DNA of 64,000 nucleotides, from positions 6,510,001-6,574,000 of the forward strand of contig OZ316776.1 of assembly GCA_973851085.1 (NCBI GenBank), read 5' to 3'. This document shows, piece by piece, positions 25,309 through 37,800 of this stretch. Each line of letters starts with the position of its first letter. The first letter of the stretch is position 1. Both the position numbers and the translations under genes were made by a program. The stretch is from Ptychomitrium polyphyllum. Its lineage: Eukaryota. The notes beneath the pieces were generated by a model. The model saw only the letters and a program-made list of their open reading frames with translations, was not told the DNA's origin and did not search any database.

Positions 25309-28300
25309 ATGGGGAAGAAGAAGGCCGGTGATGGCGGTGAGTCCGGGGCCTTTAAATTACCACGCACGAGAGTGAACAAAGACCCCGATCAGATTAATCA
25401 GGCTCCATCCTTTGATTCCAATGAGCAAGGGAATGATATTGGAGTCACCGAGGAAGTTGAGGAAACTCAACAAGACAAAGCGTTGGAGGGTGGAGAGTAC
25501 TCAAGAGCTAGGATTCCTGAGCCACCTAAGGGCCTAGAAAGTCAGGACCCTGACTTAAGTTTTTGCATAAAATTGCTCGAGTTCATGGACGGTGTGAACC
25601 AAGAACTCAAGCATGGCAAAGAAGAAAGGACCCGTCAAGAGAGGTTGATTGAGAACTTGATGGCACAAGGTTCTAGGTCCTCATCTTCAACCAAGAAGTT
25701 GGCCAAGGTGAACATGCCAAGCACTTTTTTTGGGCTAGGTAAAGCCAGGAACGTGAAGGAGTTTTTTTTGGAAATGGAGAACTATTATGATGTCCAAAAG
25801 CCGGAAGAAGTGGACAAAGTTTCAATTGCGGTGACCTTTTTAAAAGACCATGTTCTTCAATGGTGGAAAAGTAAAAAAGAGCAAGAGCCGAAGTTGGTGG
25901 CGACTTTGTCTTGGGTCGGTTTTAAAGAGATTTTGAGTGAACGCTTCACTCCGGAATACCAAGAGTTGAGAGAGGGCATGAACTTGGTGCAAATGAGGCA
26001 CACAAGGTCTCTCAAGACTTATGTGCAAGATTTCAACGCCCAAATGAATGCCACATTCAAAATGGATGGATTTTCAAAGAAATGCATCTTTTTGGATGGG
26101 CTTCAAAAATGGGTGGTGGACGCCTAGTTCAAGTTCCCAAAGCTTCCGGAGGACATAGCGGGAATCATTAAGATTGCGGAAAGAATTGAAGCCAACGAAC
26201 CCGAAAGAAAATCAAGTGGTCCCTCTTACCAAAGTGGATTGAGTCGAAATGTATCTCGCGGCGGAGAACACAAGAAATTTGTCTTTGGAAACAAACACAA
26301 GGGACGAGTAGAGGGAAGGACCTACAACAAAGTGGACCATCATGAGAGAAAACCATTCAAATCGGGAGATAAGGGTGCTGAGGTGAAGCACAAGCGTTGC
26401 CACGGGTATGGCAAGATTGGTCACTTCATTGTGGAGTGCCCCGATAAAAAGGTGAGTACCAAATCTTGTTACATTTGTGTTGTGGATCACATTTTAGAAG
26501 GTGGATTTGTGGCTAAGGCTAGTAGCGTCAAGCCAAGGTCAAGCCTCTTATACCTTGAGGATCAAATAAATGGCAAAAATGTCTCATGTTTGATTGACAC
26601 AGGGGCAACGCACTCCTTCATGAGTCCCAAGCTAGCAAGGAAGTTGGGCTTGTCGGCTCAAAAAGCTAGCAAGCCCATCAACGTGCGATTTGTGAAAGGC
26701 AAACCGTACGAGACGAAGGAGGTGGTGTTGGATGTGGCCATAAGTAGTGGAACATTGGAGTTGAAGGAAAGTTTTACATTATGTGAGATGGATGAGGTAG
26801 ACCTCATTTTAGGTGATATCTTTTTCAAAACTCATGTGGTGGATGTGAAGCAAAAGCCAACACAGTTAGTAGTGCGCCGTGGTAGGAAGGAGGCAATATT
26901 GAAGTTGACTAGGACTCCTATGGTTGCGGGAGGCAAGTTGAACTTAGTCTCCTTAGAACAATTAGAGAATAACCAATTTGTGGTTGTGATGTGCATGGAG
27001 CAAGAAGAAGGGAATAGGCCAAGTGCCAAGGAGGTTAGGACTATTCGCAAGTGCATTCAAAATGTACTAAGTGGTTACAAGGATGTGGTTACAAGGATGT
27101 GCTCACTAATGAGCTGCCTGCAGAATTACCGCCAAAAAGAGAAGTGGATCACAAAATTGAAGTAATATCGGAAACGGAGCCCCTTTCAAAGGCTCTATAC
27201 CGGTTGAACCAAAAAAAGCTAGAGGAATTGAAGAAGCAATTGAATGACTTCTTGGAAAGAGGCTATGTTAGGCCAAGTAAGTCGCCATATGGAGCACCGG
27301 TCCTCTTTGTAGACAAAAAGGATGGCAAGCTCCGCATGTGTGTCGACTATAGAGCCTTGAATAAAGCCACCATCAAGAACAACTATCCTTTGCCTCGCAT
27401 TGATGACCTCTTTGATAGATTGGTGGGAGCTAAATATTTTAGTCAGATAGACCTGAAGTCGGGCTACTATTAAATCCGCATTGCGGATGAAGATGTGCTA
27501 AAGACCGCATGCCGCATTAGGTATGGGTCCTATGAATTTTTGGTGATGCCAATCGGGTTGTGTAATGCTCCTTCGACATTCACAACCCTCATGAATACCA
27601 TCTTTCGAGAAGAGATGGATGACTTTGTCATTGTTTATATTGATGACATCTTGGTGTACTCCAAGTCGGCAGAAGAACATGCAAGGCACCTCGAAGTGGT
27701 GCTTCAAAAACTTAGGGACCACAAACTTTATGCCAATGGAGAAAAGATTGAGTTTGCTCAACTTGAGATTGAGTTCTTGGGCCATATACTGACGGATGAT
27801 GGAATCAAGCCGGACATAAGGAAGATAAAGGCAATTAAAGAGTGGAAACAACCTTCTACTTAGAAGGGGCTGAGATCATTTCTCGGCCTAGCAAATTATT
27901 ATAGGAGGTTCATACGCAACTTCTCCAAAATTACTAGACCTTTGTCCGACTTGTTGAAGAAAGGAGCTAGCCAAGTATGGGATGGATTTTGTCACCAAGC
28001 TTTTAAAGAACTCAAGGATAAGTTGTCACAACCGTCGGTATTGAAGTTTCTTGAGTTTGAAAAGCCCTTTGAGGTCCACATGGATGCAAGTGTCTTTGCC
28101 ATTGGCGGAGTGCTCATGCAAGAAGGCATGCCAATTGCCTATGAAAGCAAGAAGTTGGATGGGTGCCAAAAGAGGTGGCCCACGCACGAGAAAAAACCCT
28201 TTGCCGTAGTACATTGTTTGAAAATATGGCGGCACTACTTGGGCCTATATAAAACCAAAGTCTACACGGACAACGTGTCCTTGAAGTACTTTGAGTCGCA

Positions 28301-29713
28301 AGCACAAATGAGTGCAAAGCAATTGAGGTGGCACGACATCTTGGCACTTATGAATGTGGATTTGATCCACAAGCCAGGGCGTGACAATGTAGTGTCGGAT
28401 GCTCTAAGTAGGCAGGAGGAGTTGCAAGTGATGGGCATAACCCAAGTCCTGCGAGTAATGTACAAGGAAGAAGGCAATTTGGAAAGGAAGATAAGAGAGG
28501 GGTACATGAAGGACTCCAAAGTACAAAGGCTTCTCGGTGAGCTTAAAAAGGGTAAGAAACTTAAGGTAATTAAGTTGGAGAAGGGATTGTTCAAGTACAA
28601 ACAAAGTTGGGTGTATGTGCCTCAAGGAAAACTACGGTTGTTGGTTTTGAAAGAAGAACACGATAGTCCCATAGCCGGCCATAGAAGGGAAGAAACCACC
28701 ATAGCGGCAGTGTCAAGAAGGTACTATTGGCCGGGCATGAAAGCGGACATCACCAACTTTGTGAAAACTTGTGTGAAGTGCCAAATCAATAGAGCCTCTT
28801 ACAAAAGCAAGCCGGTCTACTACAACCTTTGCCAATTTTGCCGGGTCCATGGCATAGTGTGTCCATGGACTTCATCACAAGTCTTTTGGAATCGCAAGGG
28901 CATGATGCCATCATTGTGATGGTAGATCACTTTAGCAAGTTGGCGCATATGGTGCCAACTAGAGGAACCGTAACTGCACATGAGACCGCAAAGCTATTCC
29001 TTGATGCATGGTGGAAACATCACGGGTTGCCCAGAGTGATTGTGTCGGACCGAGATCCAAAATTCACTAGTGCTTTTTGGAAACATTTCTTTAGGAAAGT
29101 TGGAACCAAATTGACGTTTAGCACTGCCTTCCATCCTCAAACGGATGGGCAAACGGATCAAGTGAACGGAGTCTTGAACCAATACTTGAGGAACTTTGTG
29201 AGTGCGGACCAGTGCGATTGGGTGGATTATGTGAGCCTAGCGGAATTCAGTTACAATGCAGCCAACCATTCGGCAATAAAGCAGTCGCCATTTAAGGTGG
29301 CCTATGGAGTGGAGCCACTCCAGCTTGCGGACTTAGCTCTCAAAGGGGCACATTCAACACTAGAGTTTAACCAAGATGGTGAGGATTTGGCCAAAAAGTG
29401 AAAACAAATGTTGGAAAAGACCAAGCTTTTGTTGGAAAAGGCACAAAAGTGGTACGAGAAACAAGTCAATGCCGGAGGACATGAACTGGAGTATGAAGTA
29501 GGCCAAAAGGTGTTGTTGAATGTGAAGAACTTTAGCTTGCCCGAAGGCCTCACTCCAAAGTTCATGTCCAAGTTTGCGGGGCCGTTTTCCATTGTAGAGC
29601 AGTTGTTTAAAGATGTGTACAAGTCGGAGCTACCACCCAAAATCAAAGTGCATCCAACATTTCATGTCTCACTCCTCAAGCCATTCAAAAAAGATACCTT
29701 GTGGCCCAATCGC
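25309..29713 (+). pseudogene. Disrupted gag-pol of element C
   Basis: Gag (MGKKKAG..., knuckle remnant CHGYGKIGHFIVEC), LIDTGAT, YIDDILVYS, DASVFAIGGVL, SDRDPKF..HPQTDGQ. A 14-bp tandem duplication (27071-27098) shifts the frame; several stops. Confidence 0.92.
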
Positions 29714-29779
29714 ACACAGAATAAAAGAACTTGGAGTATTTTGTGACTGTGTGCGTTTTGAATCACGGACAAGCAAGGT

Positions 29780-30923
29780 TGTCGCAACCCTTGTAATGCA
29801 CCTTAGCAAGCGTTACGCGCGTCAACTCTGTACACCGCCACATGCACATGGTTAACCTCCATTCTCACTGTCCAAGTCTTTCTACCATTTCTCTTAGGAC
29901 ACCCAATTGATTGGTAGCCAATGATTAGGTGCGGACTTCCATTCATGTCCTAGGCCTCACTTGGTGTTACTCCCATTCTACACGGCCAAACCGCACTTTG
30001 TGGTGTCCCCTCACCACCACTCATGATCCCCATGCAATCCTAAGATCACCTCGGGCCATCATGGTGCCGGCTTGAAGACACCACCCCAACTTAGTGGTAA
30101 CAAGTGTATCATTTTAAACGTGCTAGTTCCCTCTGTGAAATCGGCCATCTTCTGGCTCACAATGGTGTGGGAGTCCCTGTGGTGAAGCTCCAATACTAGC
30201 TCCACCAACCGGGACTCACCCTTGGTCTCTACCGGGACACTAGGGGAGTGGAGAGGGGGACCAGCCCTCCCTTATAGTACTCTTTGTGGGATTTGGCAGG
30301 CCCTTGGCCCTCTGTAGCTAGCTGAACTCGGACACACCTAAAGTCTTGGAAGACCACCCGATCTCCCTTGGGACTTAGCCGCTGGAAGCCTCCGGGACTT
30401 CCAACGGACCTTCAGGGAGCCATATCTTTCAATTCCGGTGCCCGAATGTATCAAGCAACCACTTTATCGCCATCTACTCTTTGCGTAGATGCCGATAGAC
30501 TCCTCAAACGTCCAATTTGAGTTAGTATTGTGGAAGATACGCCTCTTCCAAGGTTTGGGACTCCCGGGGAGTCCCTCCCTAGACTGTCCCACTCCAGTAT
30601 AGTCACTATGTAGGGCTGCCACAGTCTAGAACAGCCCCTTGGCAACCCCAACTTTGGGATGCCATAACTTTTAGCTCCTTTGTCCGATTTGAGCAATCTT
30701 TAGCATTCTAGAATCAACTCTTTGTGATTCCTCCAATGCCTACGATTTATCCCTTGTGGCCCTCGGTCTACATGGGCAAGGATATTTCTCCCCCTCAGGG
30801 TCCTTCCCATGGTAGGCCCACTCGGTTCTCCTCACTATTGGCGCTACAAGTCCCGGACGTCACTCCGGAGCCCCCCTTGTGCCCTTAGTGTTGCGAGCAC
30901 TCCTCAAGGAGAGGTGCGCAACA
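29780..30923 (-). mobile_element. Solo LTR of element C
   Basis: Reverse complement of 24113-25256, flanked on both sides by AAGGT (29775-29779, 30924-30928); family A/B RNase H sequence reads through on either side. Confidence 0.9.
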
Positions 30924-31543
30924 AAGGTGGAGTATATGACTTTCCAAATTTGACTTTGTCATTACCTATCGACTTGGTAGCTTGCAAGGTAAGCTAGATG
31001 CCTTATCTCAAAGATCTTATTTAGCTCTTCAACCTGGAGATGATATTTTGAATCAATAAAGGACTATTTTATTGAAGCCTCAGAATCCAATTGAAAGCAT
31101 ACATTATTACAATAACATCCCATTTTGACGAAATTCGGAAGGCTTTAAAGAATGACGTCTTTGTTTCAAATATAAAGAAACGCCTCAAAGACACTAGAAA
31201 TCCTTCAAATAGCGATGAGGACTTTGAATTCCAAGAGGGCCTACTTTTATTATAAAGGACTTTTGTATGTTCCTCCAAACCCTTTGCGGTTGAAGATGCT
31301 TCAAGCACGTCATGATTTTCCAGCAGCAGGACATTATGGATTAAATAAAACAATGGAGTTGATTGCTAGAAACTATTGGTGGCCATCTGCGCTTCTTGCA
31401 AGGACCAGTTGAACCAGTGAACAAAGAACAACGAGCAAACTATGTTGCTTCACTCCTTCGACAAATTTTGGAATTTGTAGAAATGTGATAAGCAAGCCAA
31501 GAAAAGAGCTCCTCATGGAACTCGTCGCTAAATGAAGAGGTGA

Positions 31544-32052
31544 TGTCAGGGACATAGATCATGTAATATAGTCCTTAGAACATTCTAGAACCTTCTAATA
31601 TACTATTATAGCTTCTTAGATTACTTTTAAATGTCTCCATAGTCTTTCCATATTCTTAGGAAGCTTCCTAGGAAAGTCCCTCCACCTTAGAAAACTTCCT
31701 AGGAAGGTTCTACCTGCTTAGGAAACTTCCTAAGGAAGTTCCACTACCTTAGGAAGCTTCCAAGGAAGGTTCCAAAATCTTAGGAAACTTCTTGGGAAGG
31801 TTCTCTAGACTTCCAAAATATTCTTAAGCCTTGTAGGAAGCTTCGTTAGAAATATCCTAGGAGATACAACGTCATAGTATAAATAGGAGGCAAGACAAGG
31901 TATTCCTTAGTCTTGCCAACACAAATAGTGAATCATCTTGAATTTTGCCTTGTTTTAGTCTTTATATCAAGTTCTTGTTAATCACTAACTCTTTGGAAGC
32001 TAATTTTTGGGAAACACTTCGTTTTTGCTTCTTATTTTTTGTGTCCCTAACG
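31544..32052 (+). repeat. Duplicated copy of the 3' LTR of element B
   Basis: Begins TGTCAGGGACA after PPT AAATGAAGAGGTGA; mirror of 22984-23492. Confidence 0.9.
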
Positions 32053-34279
32053 GAGTGAAGCAACAAACTCTGCTTGTTGTTCTTTGTTCTCTGGTTCAGC
32101 TGGTCCTTGTAAGAAACGTTGATGACCACTAGCTAAGACTTTTGGTGTTGAAATGTCCCATCCCAAGATTTGATCTTGATTAAGTCCTTCAAAACATCCT
32201 CCAAACAAGATTTTGGGTCCTCCAAAAGTGACTCTTCCAATTTCTAACAAGATGAGTAGAGTGCGAGCATCTGAATCAAAACTGGAATGTGAAGGGCGAC
32301 TAGTCAATACTTCTGCACGAGGTCGTACTCGACGTTGGGATGTCCCTCCCATATCTTGACTTAGATCCTCCGTTACCGAAGGCTGAGAAAGTTGAATTGG
32401 CTCAATAGATGTTGTTGTTGATGAAGGCATGGCCGATTGCTTTTCACGTATATCCAAGATAATACAAAGATTTGACATACTGGCTAGGATCTGGAAATGA
32501 TTTATCTTGATTTTCTCTTCGACGCCTTTTTTTTTTTCTTCTGGAGTCAAACGTCTAAATTGGGCAGCATTAATTTGCATAGATTCCGGTCCTTGTGATC
32601 AATTTTTTTACATTCTTGAAGAAATGGTAGCCATGCTTTGATGTACTGGTCGCCATCCCAAGCGTTGTTCTAAGCGCCTCTCAAATAGTCTATTGTCACA
32701 TGCTATTGCTTGAGTGATGAATTCGTCCAATGTTTCAACTCTTGGCATTGTGAGTAGCAAGTCCTTTACATTCTCTCCCTAGCTCCATCAAAATAATGTG
32801 ACCAAGGCTTTATCATTCCAATCAAGGTCGCAAGTTAATTGTCAAAACTATACAGTATATGTAGCAGTTGAGTGCTGTCCTTGTTGAAGACTCTGGATCC
32901 TTGTTTCAGCCACCCTCTCTCGGTCGGTGTCTCCAAAAGTAGATGTCAATGCTTCTTTAAAAGCATCTAAGTTATTCAATAATGGTGACTGCTTCTCCAT
33001 TAATGGTGCAAACCACGATAGGGCATTGTTTGATAAAAAAGTGGCCACAAATCCCACTTGAGTTGTGCCATTAGGATAGCGAGATTGATGCAAACTAAGG
33101 AAGAGTCTTACTTGTTGAACAAAGCCTCTCAATTTTGATCTTGATCCATCGAATTTGTCTGGCATGCTAATCTTTGGCTCTGCATGGGTTCAACGTAAGC
33201 CTTCCCTTCCAATATTGGCCTCTCACAATCAAACAACTTCTTGATATAGGCTTTGAATATCACCATTGGATTCTTCAGCTTGCTGAGTATGTTGCTCCAA
33301 ATTGTTGGTGGTATTAAAACGGGCGAGTTCCGTTCGAACTGTGTTTAATAATTCTTAGAGGTCTGTAATAGTAGCAAACCTATTCTCTAGTGTTTTAGGC
33401 ACGTTATCCATTTCTTAAGATTGGCAAAGACAAGAAATCTATGAATACCCTCAAAGGAGGAAAATCCACGTCTTTTTAAAGAAGTAATACTTAGTTCAAG
33501 AAGGAGAAACCAATTCTATGGTGCCAGCTTAGAAGAGAATAATCCGCAATTTCTAAAACGCTATGGAATCCTAAAGATGATGGGTAATCCACAATCTTCT
33601 TCAAAGATCCTTAGTTCTTACAGAGATGAAAAGTAGTCTTGCCAAACTGTTAAGGATACAAAATACAAGAAGCAAAAACGAAGTGTTTCCCAAGAATTAG
33701 CTTCCAAAGAGCTAATGATTAACAAGAACTTAATACAAAGACTAAAACAAGGCAAAATTCAAGATGATCCACAACTTGTGATGGCAAGACCAAGGAATAC
33801 CTTATCTTGCCTCCTATTTATACTATGACATTGTATCTCCTAGGAAACTTCTAAAGAAGTTTCCTATAAGGCTTAAGAATGTTCTGGAAGTCTAGGGAAC
33901 CTTCCCAAGAAGTTTCCTAAGATGTTGGAACCTTCCTAAGAGGCTTCTAAGGAGTTGGAAGCTTTCTTGGAAGTTTCCTAAGGTAGCGGAACCTCCTTAG
34001 GAAGTTTCTTAAAGAGGTAGAACCTTCCTAGGAAGTTTCTTAAGGTGGAGGAACTTTCTTAGGAAGCTTCTCAAGAACATGGAAAAGACTATGGAGACAT
34101 CTAAAAGTAATCTAAGAAGCTATTATAGTATATTAGAAGATTCTACAATGTTTTAAGGACTATGTCGTATGATCTATATCCGTAATTCATTCCTTCAATA
34201 AATTTTGAAATTTGTAGAAATGTGATAAACAAGCCAAGAAAAAGGTCCTCATGGGACTCGTCGCTAAATGGGGAGGTGA

Positions 34280-34880
34280 TGTCATGGACATAGATCATGC
34301 GACATAGTCCCTAGAACATTCTAGAACCTTCTAGTATACTATAATAGCCTCTTAGAATACTTTTAGATGTCTCCATAGCCTTTCCATGTTTATAGGAAGC
34401 TTCCTAAGAAAGTTCCTCCACCTTAAGAAACTTCATAGGAAGGTTCTATCATCTTAGGTAACTTCCTAGGAAGTTTTCTAGGAAGGTTCCATCATTTTAG
34501 GAAACTTCCTAGGAAGGTTCTACCTCCTTAGGAAACTTCCTAAAGAGGTTCCACTACCTTAGGAAGGTTCCAACTCCTTGGAAGCTTCTTAGGAAGGTTC
34601 CAATATCTTAGGAAACTTCTTGGAAAGGTTCTCTAGACTTCCAGAATATTCTTAAGCCTTATAGGAAACTTCTTTAGAAGTATCCTAGGAGATACAACGT
34701 CATAGTATAAATAGGAGGCAAGATAAGGTATTCCTTAGTCTTGCCAACACAAGTTGTAGATCATCTTGAATTCTGCCTTGTTTTAGTCTTTGTATCAAGT
34801 TCTTGTTAATCACTAGCTCTTTGGAAGCTAATTCTTGGGAAACACTTTGTTTCTGCTCCTTGTTTCTTGTATCCCTAACA
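34280..34880 (+). repeat. 3' LTR of element A
   Basis: TGTCATGG...CCCTAACA followed by TSD CTATC; about 60 bp longer than the 5' LTR through extra U3 units. Confidence 0.93.
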
Positions 34881-37800
34881 CTATCCTCCAATTGCTTTTA
34901 GACTTATAATAAAATTGATATATAATATCACTCTTGATAAAAAAAAAGTTGATATTGTTTTGTATTCAAAGATAACAAAATATAAGAAACAAATAGAAAA
35001 ATTAACCAAGTAATTAAATCAATTTCTTTTATAATGATTTAAATGGTTGGTGGTTTTTTTTGTAAAAGACTCCATTGCAAATACATAACTAACCTTTAGA
35101 ATTTAAAAAAACTACACAATATTTTTTATAATTATGCATTTAGTTTTTAAATATATACATATTGAATTGATCTCTAAATATTCAATACCTCAATATCACT
35201 ATTGTATATATTTTGAATATTCAAAAAATGAAGTTGTTCCAAAAAGTCCAAGTCTTTAATTCTAAAGATCTAGCAACTATGGATGTATGCCATCAAAATG
35301 ACATCATTTATTTTTCCTTAGATTCCCACTCTAGTACTTTGTGAGGTCTTGAAATGGAACCTAAAACTTTGAAATGATACAGTACAATTGAGCCTTAAGA
35401 CAAATGGAACAAAACTAAATTGTAATAAAGACCAAAACTGGGTACCCTTAGGGTAATGAATGGTACCAATTGGTCAATTTTTATCAAATGCTAATATGTT
35501 TGTGGTACAGTTAGGGGAATGAATTCTCTTTCTGACGAACTATCAGCATTTGATTAAAAATCCATTAGTTTTCCAAAGAGGAATGTATGAGTTTAGCTCA
35601 TGCGCATGTCTGTCCATGAGTGAACGACTTCCAACATTACATGAACATCCTCCACGATACTTGATCGTGGGAATCCAGGCATGGACAATCACAGCGAAGC
35701 AGAACTGTACTGAGACCAAACCAGATCACTTTAACCAAGTTTTTATAATACAAAAAAAGATGAATTTAGTAACATCTCCAATGTGGGCTTGACGCACAGA
35801 ATTAACTACCTGATGCCTATTGCCTAAGTCTGAATCTACAATTACCCGGGGACTTCGGCCTTAATCTATGAAACGCTCTTAGAAGCCTTATCAGCAAGTA
35901 ATATGCAGGACAACAACCCACTAACAAGGCGCCCTACACTGCCCAGAAGGCAGCCGGGGGTGCCATTGTCATTATCCTGGAATCTAAGGACACATGTGAA
36001 AGAGTGACGATCTTCAGCTAGCCTTCCTGAGTTGTAGCGCACGAAGTATCTTCTCTACTTGCTCTTAAACGGGGAACTCAAGTACTTGATTCGGCTTGAA
36101 AGTAGTGAGCATAATTTGATACTTGGCTTGATCGGACAGTGCATATGGTAGAATTTTTTAGCTAGTCCAATTGACACGAAGATAGTCATATAAATCCGAC
36201 AATGTCCGGATGAGAAATGTAACAATGGAAGGATCAGCATCCCACAATCTAACGTTCATACAAATAATCATACAAATTTTGATTGCAAGTTTTGACTGCG
36301 AATTTGATTCTGATGCTGAAACTGAAGTAAAGCCAGAGTGCACACTCGAAGGGAAGGAGAGCAGTGTGACCACCTCCGACCGTGCTGGGTAAATGAGCCG
36401 ATTTTATTAAAAAGATTGAACGTCCCTTTCTGAGCTCCCTGCTTCTGCTCTCTCAAGAGAAATGGTGCCATGACCATGGCATTATTCGAAACATATAGCG
36501 AAGCAATTTTACACTGCTCCAGTTGTACCGCTGCCCGAGGTAGTAAGAGTTCAGCATATTGATTAGGCCTGAAGCACGTCGTCCATCCTGTTTCTAGATT
36601 CGGATTTGCTACCGCCACGTTCTTGTCTTCCCACTTTGCTTATCACCCATGACGTTATATTCCTTCTTCTTTGCTTTCTTCGTGATCTAGTTTTACATTT
36701 ATTCATACTGTTTTAAACTTTTAAGCATGTTAATTCTCATTCAATATTAAATTTCTCATGAAAATGTCAAGTCATTAAGTGCAAACTTTAAAGTGGCACC
36801 CACCTTCACAGCAAAGCCCTCCGGCCTAGATTCGAGACTCGGATTGAAAGATCGTAAATCTACAAAGGCTGTATACAACACAAATCACTGGAGAGGGGCT
36901 ATTTCACAACTGAACGTGCTTGATCTCGTGAGGTGATCAAGCATAAGTTGGAATTATACCTTGCCGATTGGAAATTGGCAGTTACTAGTTTCTAACAGGT
37001 TCAAGTACAATATGCTTGCAATTTCTTCCTTCCCTAGCCTGCACAGTGGAATGTGGCTTCTGATACACATTTATCAGCAGATGTGTTCATGTAGACCTTC
37101 CGGCAAGTTGAAGCTCATTATATGATCGTTGACAGCGTTTCATCTAAAGAGTCTGTAGACACTGTTTTCATTGTTTTTATGCAGTAAGTGTCACCAATAT
37201 TAAATGTCCACTAAAGTAGTCTCCTGAAATATAGGTTCTCGCTTGCGCGATGGGAAATATTGGTTGAGACGACGCCCTGACTATAAACGACCCTCCGCTC
37301 AACTGAAATTTCTTTTCTTATCATTTTGAAGTGGAAGGGACAAGTAGAATTTTATGATGAGATCTTGACTAAGTTTGCATAAGGTTCTTCCAGCTTTTAG
37401 TAACCTAGAGTTGAGCTTGAGTTCTGCTAAGAGAAATTAGGTGATCTGCACTTTTCTCTTGATTATATTGGTTCGTGACTTTCTTTAACAAGACTAAACT
37501 TTCGTTGTTGCACGACTTAGCATTTGTATGAAACACCACTCAACATATCGATATTTGTTATTCTGTGACTTAATTAATAAACATCAAAAGGTATAATTTC
37601 GAATTTTCTATTGAATTATAACCTAATGTTCATTCATATGAATCACTTATACAGCTTTTTATTCTACATTTTTAAATATACAGGATATAGTCCTCATCAT
37701 ATGATTGGCGACAGAGGGCCAATCACAAACTTTTCAAACTTTATTGGTGCTATAACCTTCTGTAGACCTGTAAAAGGTTTGACTCAACCATCCTTAAAAG

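Larger units (their letters stand above)
24113..29713 (+). mobile_element. Element C: second Ty3/gypsy family (Galadriel-like by motif impression), inserted in the RNase H region of B, 3'-truncated
   Basis: 1144-bp LTR 24113-25256 (TGTTGC...GCGACA) preceded by target site ACCTT; PBS TGGTATCAGTGC; gag-pol ends abruptly after VHPTFHVSLLKPF at ~29713. Confidence 0.88.
22527..32509. repeat. Inner inverted repeat: arms 22527-25256 and 29780-32509 (2730 bp each)
   Basis: Mirror ORF pairs all sum to 55036 (24039/30997, 24340/30696, 22989/32047), so no net indels; only a few substitutions seen. Confidence 0.95.
17130..34187. repeat. Outer inverted repeat: arms 17130-18805 and 32511-34187
   Basis: Identical 105-aa gag ORFs at 18151-18468 (+) and 33165-32848 (-); coordinates sum to 51316. 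The outer LTR portion is more diverged than the leader and gag. Confidence 0.93.
22984..34187 (-). mobile_element. Element B: same family as A, inserted antisense into the 3' region of A, internally deleted and rearranged
   Basis: 3' LTR 23492-22984, 5' LTR 34187-33648 (termini mutated). TSD CACTC (22979-22983) / CATTC (34188-34192). Removing B restores GCTT-CACTC-CTTC as in the uninterrupted copy near 31447-31460. Confidence 0.8.
17130..34880 (+). mobile_element. Element A: Ty3/gypsy chromovirus (Tcn1/Tf1-like), degenerate, outermost member of the nest
   Basis: 5' LTR 17130-17668 and 3' LTR 34280-34880 (TGTCA...TAACA), PPT AAATGGGGAGGTGA before 34280, identical 5-bp TSD CTATC at 17125-17129 and 34881-34885, gag-PR-RT-RH-IN-chromodomain order. 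Confidence 0.93.

Noticed and set aside
24113..30923. Element C as a DIRS-like or TIR element with inverted terminal repeats
   Set aside because: It has a DDE integrase and tRNA PBS; the inversion extends 1.6 kb beyond the LTR and the right LTR has its own TSD on both sides.
4350..34880. Functional link between the H3K9 demethylase and the nearby TE nest (IBM1-like intronic sensor)
   Set aside because: The coding introns are short with no visible TE, and GMD lies in between; proximity alone is not evidence.
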